64,000 nucleotides of DNA from Ignavibacteriota bacterium (lineage in GTDB: Bacteria; Bacteroidota; Ignavibacteria; UBA10030): NCBI GenBank assembly GCA_003170475.1, contig PMZI01000023.1, positions 95,084 through 159,083 on the forward strand. The letters are read 5' to 3'. Positions 48,690 to 58,770 of the stretch are shown one piece after another. The number at the start of each line of letters is the position of its first letter. Within the stretch, counting starts at the first letter, position 1. The notes beneath the pieces are model-generated. The model had not been told where the DNA came from. It made no database searches and was given only the letters and a program-made list of their open reading frames with translations. A program made the translations under genes and the position numbers.

Positions 48690-49565
48690 ATGGAAACTAA
48701 AGAGCTTCTCAAAAAAGTCAGGCAGCTTGAGATCCGAACGCGGGGATTGGTCAACCAGGTTTTTTCCGGTGAGTACCATTCCGTGTTCAAGGGGCGGGGT
48801 ATGGCTTTTTCCGAGGTTCGCGAATATCAGATCGGGGACGATGTCCGCACCATCGATTGGAACGTCACGGCGCGGTTCGATCACCCCTTCGTCAAGATCT
48901 TTGAAGAAGAGCGCGAGCTCACCGTCATGCTTCTTGTCGATCTCAGCGGATCGCAGTTCTTTGGTTCACAGGGTCAAACAAAGCGCGATATTGCGGTCGA
49001 GATCAGTGCAATACTTGCCTTCTCTGCCATGAAGAACGGCGACAAGGTCGGCGCGATGCTCTTTTCCGACCAGATTGAGCGGTTCATTCCGCCGCGAAAG
49101 GGTCAGTCGCACTCGCTGCGCATCGTGCGTGAGCTGATCTCCTATGAGCCCAAGCGCACTGCCACAAGCATCAAGAGTGCGTTGGAATATTTGAATCACG
49201 TCTTGAAGAGGCGAAGCATTGTGTTCGTCATCTCCGATTTTCTGGATAGCGGCTATGAGACTGCTCTCCGGATCGCGGGGAAGCGACACGACCTCATTGG
49301 CATTCGGTTACTTGATCCACGCGAGCAAGAACTGCCGAAAGTCGGCCTCATTACAATGAAAGATGCCGAATCGGGCGCACAGCGCTGGGTCGACACCGCA
49401 GATCCGCGGGTCGTTGCAGCGTATCGCGCATACCGGCGGTCGGCAGAGGATTCACGACATTCGACGTTTATCAAGGCAAAGCTCGATAGTATCGATATTC
49501 GCCTCGACAAACCATACATGAAACCCCTCGTCGATTTCTTCCGGCTGCGGGAGCGGCGTTGGTAG
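48690..49565 (+). CDS. DUF58 family protein (vWA-like)
   Basis: GEYHSVFKGRGMAFSEVREYQIGDDVRTIDWNVTAR, EEERE, DLSGS and VISDF. Confidence 0.96.
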   Translation: METKELLKKVRQLEIRTRGLVNQVFSGEYHSVFKGRGMAFSEVREYQIGDDVRTIDWNVTARFDHPFVKIFEEERELTVMLLVDLSGSQFFGSQGQTKRDIAVEISAILAFSAMKNGDKVGAMLFSDQIERFIPPRKGQSHSLRIVRELISYEPKRTATSIKSALEYLNHVLKRRSIVFVISDFLDSGYETALRIAGKRHDLIGIRLLDPREQELPKVGLITMKDAESGAQRWVDTADPRVVAAYRAYRRSAEDSRHSTFIKAKLDSIDIRLDKPYMKPLVDFFRLRERRW

Positions 49566-49570
49566 CTTGC

Positions 49571-50581
49571 GTGAAGAATACAAACAATCCTGTTGAGAAT
49601 TTGAACCGATCCTTTTGTCTTATAGTGTTGCTATCGTTCGCTTCGCTCGCATGGGCGCAGGAACCGAAGATCTCCGCGCATACGGATTCGGCTCAGTACA
49701 AGGTCGGCACATGGATACTCCTGCACGTCGAAGCGGCATTACCGCCTGCCGTGGACTCTCTTGCCGTCGCCGTCAAGGACAGCCTTGGCCCTTTTGAAAT
49801 CCTCGCCGTTGAACCCTCCCTCGCACAAGCCGGCCATCAACAATGGTTGTTTCGACTCACAATATTTGACACGGGGAAGGTCTACGTTCCGCCGGCCATC
49901 TTCGCTTACAAGAACCGCGGCGACACGCTCACCCGGGTTGTCTCCTCAAATCCGATTCCACTCACCATCGTCGGTATTTCCGTCGATTTGAAGGGTGACA
50001 TCAAAGACATCAAGCCTCCCCTGGATGCTCCATGGAAGTTTGAAGACTTCTTGCCATACCTTATCGCTCTTGCTGTCGTTCTTCTTCTTGGCCTCGCGTA
50101 TTGGTACTATCGCAGGGTGAAGAAACGGCGCGAGGCCTCCTACGTTCCGCCCAAACCGGACATACCTCCGTGGCGGGTTGCCCTCGCAGCGCTCCACACG
50201 ATCGAGGATCAACGGCTCTGGCAGCAAGGACGCGTAAAGGATTTCTATTCCGAGACAACCGAAATCATTCGAAGGTTTCTCGAGGATCAATACAACCTCC
50301 TCGCTCTCGAGTCAACGTCGGACGAAATCGTTGTGCAGCTCAAGCTGGTTCCCGAGGCACAACCGCTCCAGAAGGAGTTTCGTTCTTTCTTTACAACCGC
50401 GGACCTTGTGAAGTTCGCAAAGTACCTGCCAACTCCCGAGGAAAACGAACAAGAGCTTACATGGGCATTTCACTTCGTGCGCACGATGACACCGCATCCG
50501 CCGGCTCAACAGGTCGATGAGGTTGCACCGAGCCCCGCGTCCGTGACAAACGGAGAGCAGGAGGCTGCGAATGTTCGGTGA
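49571..50581 (+). CDS. Bat-operon membrane-anchored hypothetical protein (BatD/DUF4381-like)
   Basis: Signal peptide, Ig-like region, IKDIKPP, a TM, ALESTSDEI and ADLVKFAK; canonical position between DUF58 and batA; start uncertain. Confidence 0.8.
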   Translation: MKNTNNPVENLNRSFCLIVLLSFASLAWAQEPKISAHTDSAQYKVGTWILLHVEAALPPAVDSLAVAVKDSLGPFEILAVEPSLAQAGHQQWLFRLTIFDTGKVYVPPAIFAYKNRGDTLTRVVSSNPIPLTIVGISVDLKGDIKDIKPPLDAPWKFEDFLPYLIALAVVLLLGLAYWYYRRVKKRREASYVPPKPDIPPWRVALAALHTIEDQRLWQQGRVKDFYSETTEIIRRFLEDQYNLLALESTSDEIVVQLKLVPEAQPLQKEFRSFFTTADLVKFAKYLPTPEENEQELTWAFHFVRTMTPHPPAQQVDEVAPSPASVTNGEQEAANVR

Positions 50582-51563
50582 CGGCTTCGCATATCCATGG
50601 GTGTTGTGGTTACTGCTCCTGATTCCGGTCCTCGCCTTCGTTTACTGGAGACGAAGGAAGCGCATGGTGACAGAGGTAACCTTTTCATCGGTTCAGCCTT
50701 TCGATCATATTCCGGGTTCGTTACGCGAGAAATTGCGCGACGTACCGGTCGGGCTCCGGCTGCTCGCCCTTGCGCTGTTTCTTGTTGCGCTTGCACGCCC
50801 GCAGTCGGTTACCAATAGAGAGAATGTTTCCACCGAGGGAATTGACATCGTTCTCCTCATCGACATCTCCGGAAGTATGCTCGCGGAGGATTTTACCCCT
50901 AATCGCATGCAGGCGGCAAAGCAGGTGGCCAACGAATTCATCGATGGGCGCACAAGCGATCGTATTGGGCTGGTCATTTTTTCGGCCGAAAGTTTTACTC
51001 AATGCCCGCTGACAACAGACTATCCCGTATTAAAGACGCTTCTCGGCGAGGTCAAGAACGGAATGATTGCCGACGGCACCGCGATCGGGCTTGCGCTCGC
51101 CAATGGAGTCAACCGGCTCAAGGACAGCAAAGCGAAGAGCCGGGTGATGATCCTTCTGACGGACGGTGTCAATAATAGAGGAGAGATCGATCCCATCACC
51201 GCTGCTAAAATCGCTGCAACGTACGGCATTCGTGTTTATACGGTCGGGGTCGGCGCGCAGGGTCAGGCCCCCTACCCCGTCGAAACACCGTTCGGCATTC
51301 AGCGACGCCTGATTCCCGTTGACCTCGACGAGAAGACCCTCACGGCGGTGGCGGATATGACGGGCGGCAAGTACTACCGGGCGACAGACAACAAGACGCT
51401 GAAGGCGATTTACAAAGAAATTGACCAACTCGAGCGAACAAGGATAGAGGTGACCGCCTACAAGCGCTATTCGGAGAAATTCTACAACTGGCTTCTTGTT
51501 GGCCTGGTTGCTTTACTTTTTGAGGTTGGTTTGTCATCGACGGTTTTAAGAAAGATTCCCTAA
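50571..51563 (+). CDS. batA: BatA (vWA domain)
   Basis: FAYPWVLWLL, ALARPQ, MIDAS DISGSM, GTAIGLAL and ILLTDGVNN. Confidence 0.93.
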   Translation: MFGDGFAYPWVLWLLLLIPVLAFVYWRRRKRMVTEVTFSSVQPFDHIPGSLREKLRDVPVGLRLLALALFLVALARPQSVTNRENVSTEGIDIVLLIDISGSMLAEDFTPNRMQAAKQVANEFIDGRTSDRIGLVIFSAESFTQCPLTTDYPVLKTLLGEVKNGMIADGTAIGLALANGVNRLKDSKAKSRVMILLTDGVNNRGEIDPITAAKIAATYGIRVYTVGVGAQGQAPYPVETPFGIQRRLIPVDLDEKTLTAVADMTGGKYYRATDNKTLKAIYKEIDQLERTRIEVTAYKRYSEKFYNWLLVGLVALLFEVGLSSTVLRKIP

Positions 51564-51572
51564 CAAGATACT

Positions 51573-53345
51573 ATGCTACGATTCGCACATCCCGGTTATT
51601 TGTGGCTACTGCTCGTGCTTCCCGCTTTGACGGTTGGATTCTTTGTCCTTCATCGTTGGCGGAAGCAATTGATGCGCAGGTTTGTCTCTGAGCCGCTCGT
51701 TTCACAATTGGCTCCGGAGGCAAGCACCGCAAAGAGAACAGTGAAGCAGGCCATTTTTCTTCTCGCCGTTGCCTGTCTCCTTGTCGCTGCCGCCAATCCT
51801 CAGGTCGGCACGCGGCTCGAAGAGGTCAAGCGCGAGGGAATTGATTTGTTTGTCACTCTCGACGTCTCGTTGAGCATGAAGGCGGAAGACATCCGCCCAA
51901 GCCGTCTCGAGAAAGCGAAGCGTGATGTCTCCGACCTGTTGCGCAGACTGCAAGGTGACCGCGTTGGACTTGTGGTCTTTGCGGGCGAGGCTTTTGTCCA
52001 GTTCCCGCTCACCGCAGATTATTCTGCGGCGGATCTTTTCATCAACGCTGTCGACGTTGAGGCGGTCCCCACGCCGGGCACGATGATCGGCAGCGCCATA
52101 GAGAAGGCCCTCGAGTCGTTCAGAAAAGATCTTCCGACACAGAAAGCCATTGTTGTGGTGAGTGACGGAGAAAACACCGAGGGTGATGTCGCTGGCGCCG
52201 TTGAAAAAGCTCGAAAAGAGGGAGTGCGCGTCTTTGCCGTTGGTATGGGCACTCCCGAGGGAAGTCCAATTCCTGTGTACGCTGCAAACGGCGACCGCGT
52301 CGACTACAAGCACGATCATGCGGGAAATATCGTTCTTACGAAACTCGACGAATCTGCCCTTCAGCAAATTGCACTGTCAACAGGCGGGAGTTATCGGCGG
52401 GCGACGAACGCCGGAAACGAAATTGACGAGATCTTCAAGGAGCTATCCACTCTTCAAAGAACCGAGATGGGCAGTTTACAGGTGACGGGATTTGAGGACC
52501 AGTTCTATTATCCCCTGGCGATCGGCATTTTTCTTCTCATCATCGAAATGCTTCTTTCTGAGCGGCGCGGACGCCTGCTCGCGCGCCTCGCCAAATTGAT
52601 TCCGGCAACTAGCGTTCTTCCGTTATGCTTTCTTTTCCTCTTCACCTCCGCCTCAGCTCAAACAGTGCGTTCACACGTGAGTCGCGGCAACGAGGCTTAT
52701 GCGGCCACAAAATACGGTGACGCCGAGGCCGAGTACAAAAAGGCGCTGCAAAAAGACTCTACCGCACGGGCAGCCCACTTCGATCTCGCGAACGCTTTCT
52801 ATAAGCAACAACGTTTTGATGAGGCGCAACGCGTGTATGCCGCCCGGGTGGCCGCGGCCGGCAAGGGCTCTTCTGACAAAGAATTAGCATATTACGATAT
52901 AGGGAATACCTTCTTCAAATCGAATAAACTCGAAGAGAGTATTGAATCCTATAAGCGTACGATGCGGCTGAATCCATCAGATGAGGATGCGCGGTACAAC
53001 TTCCTGCTCGCCAAAGATCGCCTGAAGCAGCAACAGGATCAGAAGAAACAGAACAAGCAGGACAAGAACAAACAAGACAAGCAGGATCAGAAGCAAAACC
53101 AGAATAAAGACCAGAACAAGGACCAGCAGCAGAACAAAGATCAACAGAACCAAAACAAGGATCAACAGCAACCACCTCAGCAGCAGCCGAAGCAAGACCA
53201 GGCCAATCAGCAACAGCAGAAGAACCAGATGCCGAAGCAGCAGGCCGACCGCATCCTCGATGCGCTGAGAAACAACGAAAAAGACATTCAGAAACAATTG
53301 CGCAAGCGGGCGGCTTCACGGGTTATTGTCGAGAAGGACTGGTAA
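51573..53345 (+). CDS. batB: BatB-BatC fusion (vWA + TPR + Q/K/D/N-rich linker)
   Basis: BatB vWA (DVSLSM, PSRLEKAK, VSDGE) continues in frame into TPRs (GNEAY, YDIGNTFF, DEDARYN) and a BatC-type KDW C-terminus. Confidence 0.88.
   Translation: MLRFAHPGYLWLLLVLPALTVGFFVLHRWRKQLMRRFVSEPLVSQLAPEASTAKRTVKQAIFLLAVACLLVAAANPQVGTRLEEVKREGIDLFVTLDVSLSMKAEDIRPSRLEKAKRDVSDLLRRLQGDRVGLVVFAGEAFVQFPLTADYSAADLFINAVDVEAVPTPGTMIGSAIEKALESFRKDLPTQKAIVVVSDGENTEGDVAGAVEKARKEGVRVFAVGMGTPEGSPIPVYAANGDRVDYKHDHAGNIVLTKLDESALQQIALSTGGSYRRATNAGNEIDEIFKELSTLQRTEMGSLQVTGFEDQFYYPLAIGIFLLIIEMLLSERRGRLLARLAKLIPATSVLPLCFLFLFTSASAQTVRSHVSRGNEAYAATKYGDAEAEYKKALQKDSTARAAHFDLANAFYKQQRFDEAQRVYAARVAAAGKGSSDKELAYYDIGNTFFKSNKLEESIESYKRTMRLNPSDEDARYNFLLAKDRLKQQQDQKKQNKQDKNKQDKQDQKQNQNKDQNKDQQQNKDQQNQNKDQQQPPQQQPKQDQANQQQQKNQMPKQQADRILDALRNNEKDIQKQLRKRAASRVIVEKDW
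53026..53230 (+). repeat. Low-complexity coding repeat (CAG/AAC/AAG/GAC-rich; QNKDQ-type units)
   Basis: Encodes QQQDQKKQNKQDKNKQDKQDQKQNQNKDQNKDQQQNKDQQNQNKDQQQ... Confidence 0.85.
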
Positions 53346-55159
53346 TGAGGTTTGTCTCACGATATAGCGTTCTTGCTTTCGTTCTGACGATGACCGCCGT
53401 TGCGCAGAATGCTACGTTTGTTGCGTCCGCCGATCGCACGACGGTGGGAGCGGGGGAACAATTTGAAGTATCTTTTGTCGTCTCTGCTTCCGATGTCAAC
53501 GGCGCGAAGAATTTCAAACCGCCAACATTGACGCCGTTTACCGTCATGAGTGGACCAAATCAATCCACCAACATGCAGTTCGTGAACGGTCAGATGTCGG
53601 GATCGATAAGTTTCACGTACTACCTGTATACGCGCCAGACCGGCAAATTCACAATTGGCCCGGCGACTATCGAGTACAAGGGCGCTCCGCTCAAATCGCA
53701 ACCCCTGCAGATTGAGGTCACCCAGGGCAAACCACCCGCCCAGGGAAAAGAGCCGGACAACGCTCAGAATGTTGCCGACAACCTTTATATTCGCGCGGTT
53801 GCAGACAGGCCGCGGGTTCGTCAGGGCGAACCTGTTACAATCACCTACAAACTGTACACGCGGTTGCAGGTTTCGGCATATGACATTGCAAAAGCTCCGG
53901 TCTATCAGGGATTTTGGGCTGAGGAAGTTGAGCAGCCCAAGCAGCCCGTTGTAACGACAGAAACCATCGAGGGAAAGCAATTTCGCGTAGCGACGATCCG
54001 CAAGACGGCGCTCTTCCCCACGCAGAGCGGCAAACTGGTCATCTCGCCGCTCGAGGTGCGATGCGCATTCCAGCTTTCCTCACGAAAGAAGACGACTGAT
54101 CCATTCGACTCTTTCTTCAACGACCCGTTCTTCTCCCGAACTCAGACGGTCGAACAGGATCTTAAGTCAAACGCTTTATCTGTCACTGTTGACCCTCTTC
54201 CCGGAAGTCCACCGGCGGGTTTCACGGGAGCCGTCGGACGTTTCTCGTTCAGCGCCACCGTCGACAAGAAAGAAGTGAAGACCGGTGACCCCATTACATT
54301 GAGGTTGACCATCTCCGGCGCGGGAAACGTCAAGCTTCTGACGCCGCCAAAGCCCGAGCTTCCCGCGGATTTCGAAGCGTATGATCCAAAGATCTCCGAA
54401 GAGGTGGCACGCGACGGAGGCGTCATTCGCGGAAAGAAAATCGCCGAGTACCTCGTTATCCCAAGAAATGCCGGCGACCGGGCAATCGAGCCGATCGCAT
54501 TCTCCTACTTCGATCTGGATCGCAACGCCTACAACACGTTGCACTCGCCACGGTTTGATTTCAAGGTCATCCCCGGAAAAGACATGAGCGGTGGCGCTGC
54601 TATCGCATCGAAGTCGAATATCCAATTGCTTGGCGAGGATATTCGTTTTCTGAAGCTCTCCCTGGGCGAATCGCGCGACCTTGACGAACCGGTGTTTCCA
54701 AACACCCTGCTCTTGACGTGTCTTGTTCTTCCCCCCTTTGTTTTCTTTGCTGCTTTTGGATATCGCAAACGGCAAGAGAAGCTCTCCGGAAAAGTTGACC
54801 AGTTGAGGTTCGCCAAAGCGGGCAGGGAAGCTTCAAGGCGCCTCAAGGGGGCCAGAAAGCTCCTTATGCAGGGAAATACAGAGAGTTACCATGCAGAAGT
54901 CTCCAAGGCAATCTTCAGCTACCTCGAAGACAAATTACACATCTCAAAAGCCGCCCTGACCATGGATGAAGCCGCCAGACTTCTCAACCAGCGCGGGGTC
55001 GCCGGCGATACAATTGAATCGCTGCGAGCTTGCATTGAGCGGGCCGAGTTTGCGCGCTTCGCCCCGGCGAGTGACACCCGGGAAGCCAGAACCGAAATCC
55101 TCGACGCTGCCACCGTTATTATCAACAACATCGAGAAATCGTTGAGAAAAAGATCTTGA
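53345..55159 (+). CDS. batD: BatD family protein
   Basis: Signal peptide, SGPNQS, GKFTIGPATI, ALFPTQSG, FTGAVGRF, ISGAGN and a TM near the C-terminus. Confidence 0.9.
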   Translation: MRFVSRYSVLAFVLTMTAVAQNATFVASADRTTVGAGEQFEVSFVVSASDVNGAKNFKPPTLTPFTVMSGPNQSTNMQFVNGQMSGSISFTYYLYTRQTGKFTIGPATIEYKGAPLKSQPLQIEVTQGKPPAQGKEPDNAQNVADNLYIRAVADRPRVRQGEPVTITYKLYTRLQVSAYDIAKAPVYQGFWAEEVEQPKQPVVTTETIEGKQFRVATIRKTALFPTQSGKLVISPLEVRCAFQLSSRKKTTDPFDSFFNDPFFSRTQTVEQDLKSNALSVTVDPLPGSPPAGFTGAVGRFSFSATVDKKEVKTGDPITLRLTISGAGNVKLLTPPKPELPADFEAYDPKISEEVARDGGVIRGKKIAEYLVIPRNAGDRAIEPIAFSYFDLDRNAYNTLHSPRFDFKVIPGKDMSGGAAIASKSNIQLLGEDIRFLKLSLGESRDLDEPVFPNTLLLTCLVLPPFVFFAAFGYRKRQEKLSGKVDQLRFAKAGREASRRLKGARKLLMQGNTESYHAEVSKAIFSYLEDKLHISKAALTMDEAARLLNQRGVAGDTIESLRACIERAEFARFAPASDTREARTEILDAATVIINNIEKSLRKRS

Positions 55160-55920
55160 GCATGCAACGCACATTCTTCCATATCCTCTTTGCGATCGTA
55201 TGTTCGGGCTCAGTCTTGGCCCAAACGGCAGTGGATGAATTCGAACGGGGAAATGTGTTTTATCGCGATGGAAAGTACGATCAGGCGGCTGCTTCTTATG
55301 AGTCTATTCTCAACCAGGGACTCGCCAGCTCGTCCCTCTATTTCAACCTTGGCAACTGCTATTACCGGATGGGAAAAATAGCTCCCACCATACTGGCGTA
55401 CGAACGGGCCCTTCGCTTGCAACCCAATGATGCCGACACAAAACACAACCTGGCTCTTGTCAACCTGAAGACACTCGACCGAATCGAACCCCTGCCCGAA
55501 CTTTTCTTCATCGAGTGGCTTCGCTCCTTCTCGGCGGTTGTGCCTCTTCATACGACTGCCCGAATCTTTGCTGCCTGTTGGCTGTTGTTGTTCGCCAGCC
55601 TGTCAGCGTTCTATCTGCTGGCAAACCCGACCGCACTTCGATTGCTCCGTGGATTCGCAATTGCTTCGGCCATTCTTCTGATTCCCCTCGCGATCGTGCT
55701 TGTGACACAAATCGTCGATTCTCGAAACCGATCCGACGCCGTCATCACGGCATCGGTGGTCACCGCAAGAACGTCCCCCGACGCACAGAGCGTCGATGCT
55801 TTTGTCGCGCATGAAGGTCTCAAGGTCAAACTCAGCGATGCGGTTGGAGAGTGGATGAAGATTGTCCTGCCGGATGGCAAGGTCGGGTGGGTCAGGATGC
55901 AGGATTGTGAGCGGATATGA
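55156..55920 (+). CDS. batE: BatE (TPR + SH3-like)
   Basis: LYFNLGNCYYR, ILAYERALRLQPND, two TMs and HEGLKV...W.KI.LPDGKVGWV; start is TTG 55156 or ATG 55162. Confidence 0.92.
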   Translation: MSMQRTFFHILFAIVCSGSVLAQTAVDEFERGNVFYRDGKYDQAAASYESILNQGLASSSLYFNLGNCYYRMGKIAPTILAYERALRLQPNDADTKHNLALVNLKTLDRIEPLPELFFIEWLRSFSAVVPLHTTARIFAACWLLLFASLSAFYLLANPTALRLLRGFAIASAILLIPLAIVLVTQIVDSRNRSDAVITASVVTARTSPDAQSVDAFVAHEGLKVKLSDAVGEWMKIVLPDGKVGWVRMQDCERI

Positions 55921-55944
55921 CGATAGAGAAATGTGGCGTTGGTA

Positions 55945-55988
55945 AAGAAACGAAAGGCCCGGTGTTTTTGCCGGGCCCTTCTGTTTCT
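55945..55988. terminator. Bidirectional Rho-independent terminator between batE and the DUF1579 gene
   Basis: AGAAACGAAAGGCCCGG-tgtttttg-CCGGGCCCTTCTGTTTCT stem with A-rich and T-rich flanks. Confidence 0.75.
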
Positions 55989-56009
55989 GGAACATCAAGG
56001 GGGTGAACC

Positions 56010-56633
56010 TTATTTTTTGCGCTTATAAGTGATCACCATAATCGGCTTCTTGTCACCGAACGAGGTCACGTCGTAGGTCTCGAAAACCTGTGTGTCTTTG
56101 TCGACAAAACGGGTTACGTACTTTACCTTCTTGCCTTTCTCTCCGGTCGCCGGCTCGTCCATTTTTCCCCACATCGTCACGCTCTTTCCGTCCTTGTCCA
56201 ACACACCGTCCATTGTGGACATCCCAGTGCTCATGTTGTCAATCCAAAAACTCACGTACTTCTTCTTGAAATTGTCGTAGCCTGTGAATCCCGTTCCCAC
56301 GAAGGGCTGTCCCATCATCTCCCCGGTGAAATCCTGTTGAAGGTATCTTCCCCCAAGGACCATTTTGCTTTCGCTTGTTCCCTTTGAGACCATGGGCTCG
56401 CCCTTGGGCCCATTCATCCACATCTTGACCTCCGCGTCCCATGTTCCTACGCTCTCCTCCAACATTTTATGCTGAGCGCCCGGCGTCATGGACTCCTGCC
56501 AGCGCTTCATCATTTCCGCCTCGCTCGGCATCTTCTTGGGGCTCTTCTTTTTCTCCTGGCTGAATGATTCGCTGCTGACGACCAGCGTCAACACAAGTAT
56601 GAACACCCCCAAAAGCATAGCTACGCGTTTCAT
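56010..56633 (-). CDS. DUF1579 family secreted protein
   Basis: Signal peptide, TPGAQHKML...GTW, LGGRYLQQ and GYDNFKKKYVSFWIDNMSTG; AAGGAG RBS. Confidence 0.9.
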   Translation of the reverse strand: MKRVAMLLGVFILVLTLVVSSESFSQEKKKSPKKMPSEAEMMKRWQESMTPGAQHKMLEESVGTWDAEVKMWMNGPKGEPMVSKGTSESKMVLGGRYLQQDFTGEMMGQPFVGTGFTGYDNFKKKYVSFWIDNMSTGMSTMDGVLDKDGKSVTMWGKMDEPATGEKGKKVKYVTRFVDKDTQVFETYDVTSFGDKKPIMVITYKRKK

Positions 56634-56666
56634 TGTGCACTCCTTGTTGGTGATTGGTGATTGTCC

Positions 56667-56694
56667 CTGGACTCGATATTCATTGTGTTGTTCA
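56667..56694 (-). promoter_or_regulatory. Putative ECF promoter for the DUF1579 gene
   Basis: Minus strand reads TGAAC-17 nt-GTCCAG, matching the moxR motif. Confidence 0.45.
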
Positions 56695-56781
56695 ATTCAT
56701 AAGAACCGACCGCCGGAGTGAACAGTTCCGGGGTGATTTTCGATGCGTCCCGCTTGTGTTTTTTTCGATCCTCATTCTTCG

Positions 56782-56809
56782 GGAATCAGCCTGGTCCCCG
56801 GCGTGTTAT
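56782..56809 (+). promoter_or_regulatory. Putative ECF promoter for the SRPBCC gene
   Basis: GGAATC-16 nt-TGTTAT. Confidence 0.5.
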
Positions 56810-56849
56810 CTACAGAGATGGGACCACAATTTATCAAAAGGGGCGGCTT

Positions 56850-57350
56850 ATGTCAAACTACGACTGGAGTAGATTCAGCGCTCGCATCGACGTAAAGACA
56901 AATGTCAACGATGTCTATGTCGCGTGGACAACGCGTGCTGGTCTTGAGCGATGGTTTTTGCGCGTAGCGGAATTCACAAAACCCGATGGTGAGATCCGTG
57001 ACGCCGCAGCAACAATCCAAACGGGAGACCGCTATCGCTGGCTGTGGCATGGTTACGATGACACCGCTGTCGAGCATGGTGTGATCGAGGAGGCGAACGG
57101 CCGAGACTCCCTGCGGTTCACATTCGCCGGGAGCTGTCTTGTCTTCGTGAGCATGACCGTTGAAGAGGGCTCGACCATCGTCGAGTTGCGGCAGGAAAAT
57201 ATTCCCGTCGACGAAATTTCGCGCGCCAAATACCATCTTGGCTGTATGACCGGGTGGACTTTCTATCTCGCCAACTTGAAATCAGTCCTCGAGGGAGGCC
57301 TCGACCTGCGCAACAAGAATGCAAGACTTCAGAGGCTTGTGAATGCATAG
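56850..57350 (+). CDS. SRPBCC/AHSA1 (START-like) domain protein
   Basis: VYVAWTTRAGLERWF, LRFTF and GWTFYLANLKSVLEGG.DLR. Confidence 0.9.
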   Translation: MSNYDWSRFSARIDVKTNVNDVYVAWTTRAGLERWFLRVAEFTKPDGEIRDAAATIQTGDRYRWLWHGYDDTAVEHGVIEEANGRDSLRFTFAGSCLVFVSMTVEEGSTIVELRQENIPVDEISRAKYHLGCMTGWTFYLANLKSVLEGGLDLRNKNARLQRLVNA

Positions 57351-57442
57351 GTTGGTGAAGGAGAGGTTTCGACGGCGATTTTTGTCCTTTCACGGGACCG
57401 CCAAATTCGCGAAATTACAGGCGTTCGGGATTTGATCGGCGC

Positions 57443-57470
57443 GGAACCGTGCGCCGCATCTTTCTGTTAT
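57443..57470 (+). promoter_or_regulatory. Putative ECF promoter for the ABC exporter operon
   Basis: GGAACC-16 nt-TGTTAT. Confidence 0.5.
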
Positions 57471-57538
57471 AGGACACGTGGTAAGGCTCAACCGGGCATA
57501 TCTTTCCAGTCATACAACCTGCAGGATTTTCGATCATC

Positions 57539-58732
57539 ATGGATAATCAACAAGCCGATCTCTCGGCGCTACGCATAGACAGGTCGCGGCCAGAGGGCTC
57601 TCCCCCTGGTCGATCGAGAACCATCGTCAGATTCGCGTTTACTGTTGGAGGCGTTGTTCTCCTTTTTCTCCTCGGCTACTGGGTTGTGCCGCGGGTATTC
57701 GATTCCGCGGTCGACGTACAGCTCGCCACTGCATCCCTTTCGTCTTCGTCGCAAGCAAACGCGGTGTTGACCGCAAGCGGATACGTTGTCGCACAACGAA
57801 AAGCCGCTGTCGCATCAAAGGCAACTGGACGGCTTGAGTATCTCGGTGTTGTTGAGGGAGACAAGGTGAAAAAAGGACAGGTCCTTGGCCGCCTCGAGGA
57901 TACAGACATGAAGGCTTCGCTCGATCAGGCGAAAGCGAATCTCCGGCTGAACGAAGCGGATCTGAAAGATGCTGAACAATGGCTCGCACGCCAAAAAACC
58001 CTCCTCGAAAAGGGTGTGTCAACACAATCCGATTATGACGCCGCCGAGGCACGTTACCAGCGCACCGTGGCCTCGATTGGCGTTGCAAAGGCAATCGTCG
58101 CTGGTGCGGAGGTTGCTCTCGAGAACACGTTGATCCGCGCCCCGTTCGACGGCACGGTGCTCACGAAGAATGCCGATGTCGGTGAGATGGTTGCACCCAT
58201 GGCGGCGAGCGTGAGCTCGCGTTCTGCTGTTGTAACACTCGCAGATATGACTTCTTTGCAGGTTGAGGCCGATGTCTCTGAATCTAACATCGAACGCATT
58301 ACACTTGGGCAACCGTGCGAAATCACTCTCGACGCCTATCCGGAAACACGATATGAGGCGTCCGTAGCAAAAATCGTCCCAACCGCGGACCGCGCCAAGG
58401 CAACGGTGATGGTGAAGGTCGCTTTCAAACAGTACGACGCAAAAGTCCTGCCGGAGATGAGTTCGAAGGTATTGTTTCTCACAAAAACGGCGGAGACTGT
58501 TCAAGCCGCCGTTCACTCGATGCTGACGGTCCCGTTAAGTTCGGTCGCCACACGAAACGGCAAAAAAGTCGTTTTCATGGTTCGTAATGACCAGGCGGTG
58601 GCGGTCCCCGTGTCCACGGGAAAGGATGCCGGCGCCCTGGTGGAAATTACGCAGGGGATTTCCGCGGGAGACCACGTGATTACCGGGCTTACCGATCGCA
58701 TCGTGGATGGCCTGCGGGTGAAGGTAAAATAG
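57539..58732 (+). CDS. Efflux periplasmic adaptor (MFP, MacA-like)
   Basis: N-terminal [40 protein letters not shown] and VEADVSE. Confidence 0.93.
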   Translation: MDNQQADLSALRIDRSRPEGSPPGRSRTIVRFAFTVGGVVLLFLLGYWVVPRVFDSAVDVQLATASLSSSSQANAVLTASGYVVAQRKAAVASKATGRLEYLGVVEGDKVKKGQVLGRLEDTDMKASLDQAKANLRLNEADLKDAEQWLARQKTLLEKGVSTQSDYDAAEARYQRTVASIGVAKAIVAGAEVALENTLIRAPFDGTVLTKNADVGEMVAPMAASVSSRSAVVTLADMTSLQVEADVSESNIERITLGQPCEITLDAYPETRYEASVAKIVPTADRAKATVMVKVAFKQYDAKVLPEMSSKVLFLTKTAETVQAAVHSMLTVPLSSVATRNGKKVVFMVRNDQAVAVPVSTGKDAGALVEITQGISAGDHVITGLTDRIVDGLRVKVK

Positions 58733-58770
58733 TATTGGTTTCAATCGACGATCACAAGAAGGGTGGTTCT

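Noticed and set aside
53026-53230. Repetitive stretch as a CRISPR array
   Set aside because: It is an in-frame Q/K/D/N-rich linker of BatC with no constant repeat plus unique spacers, and there are no cas genes.
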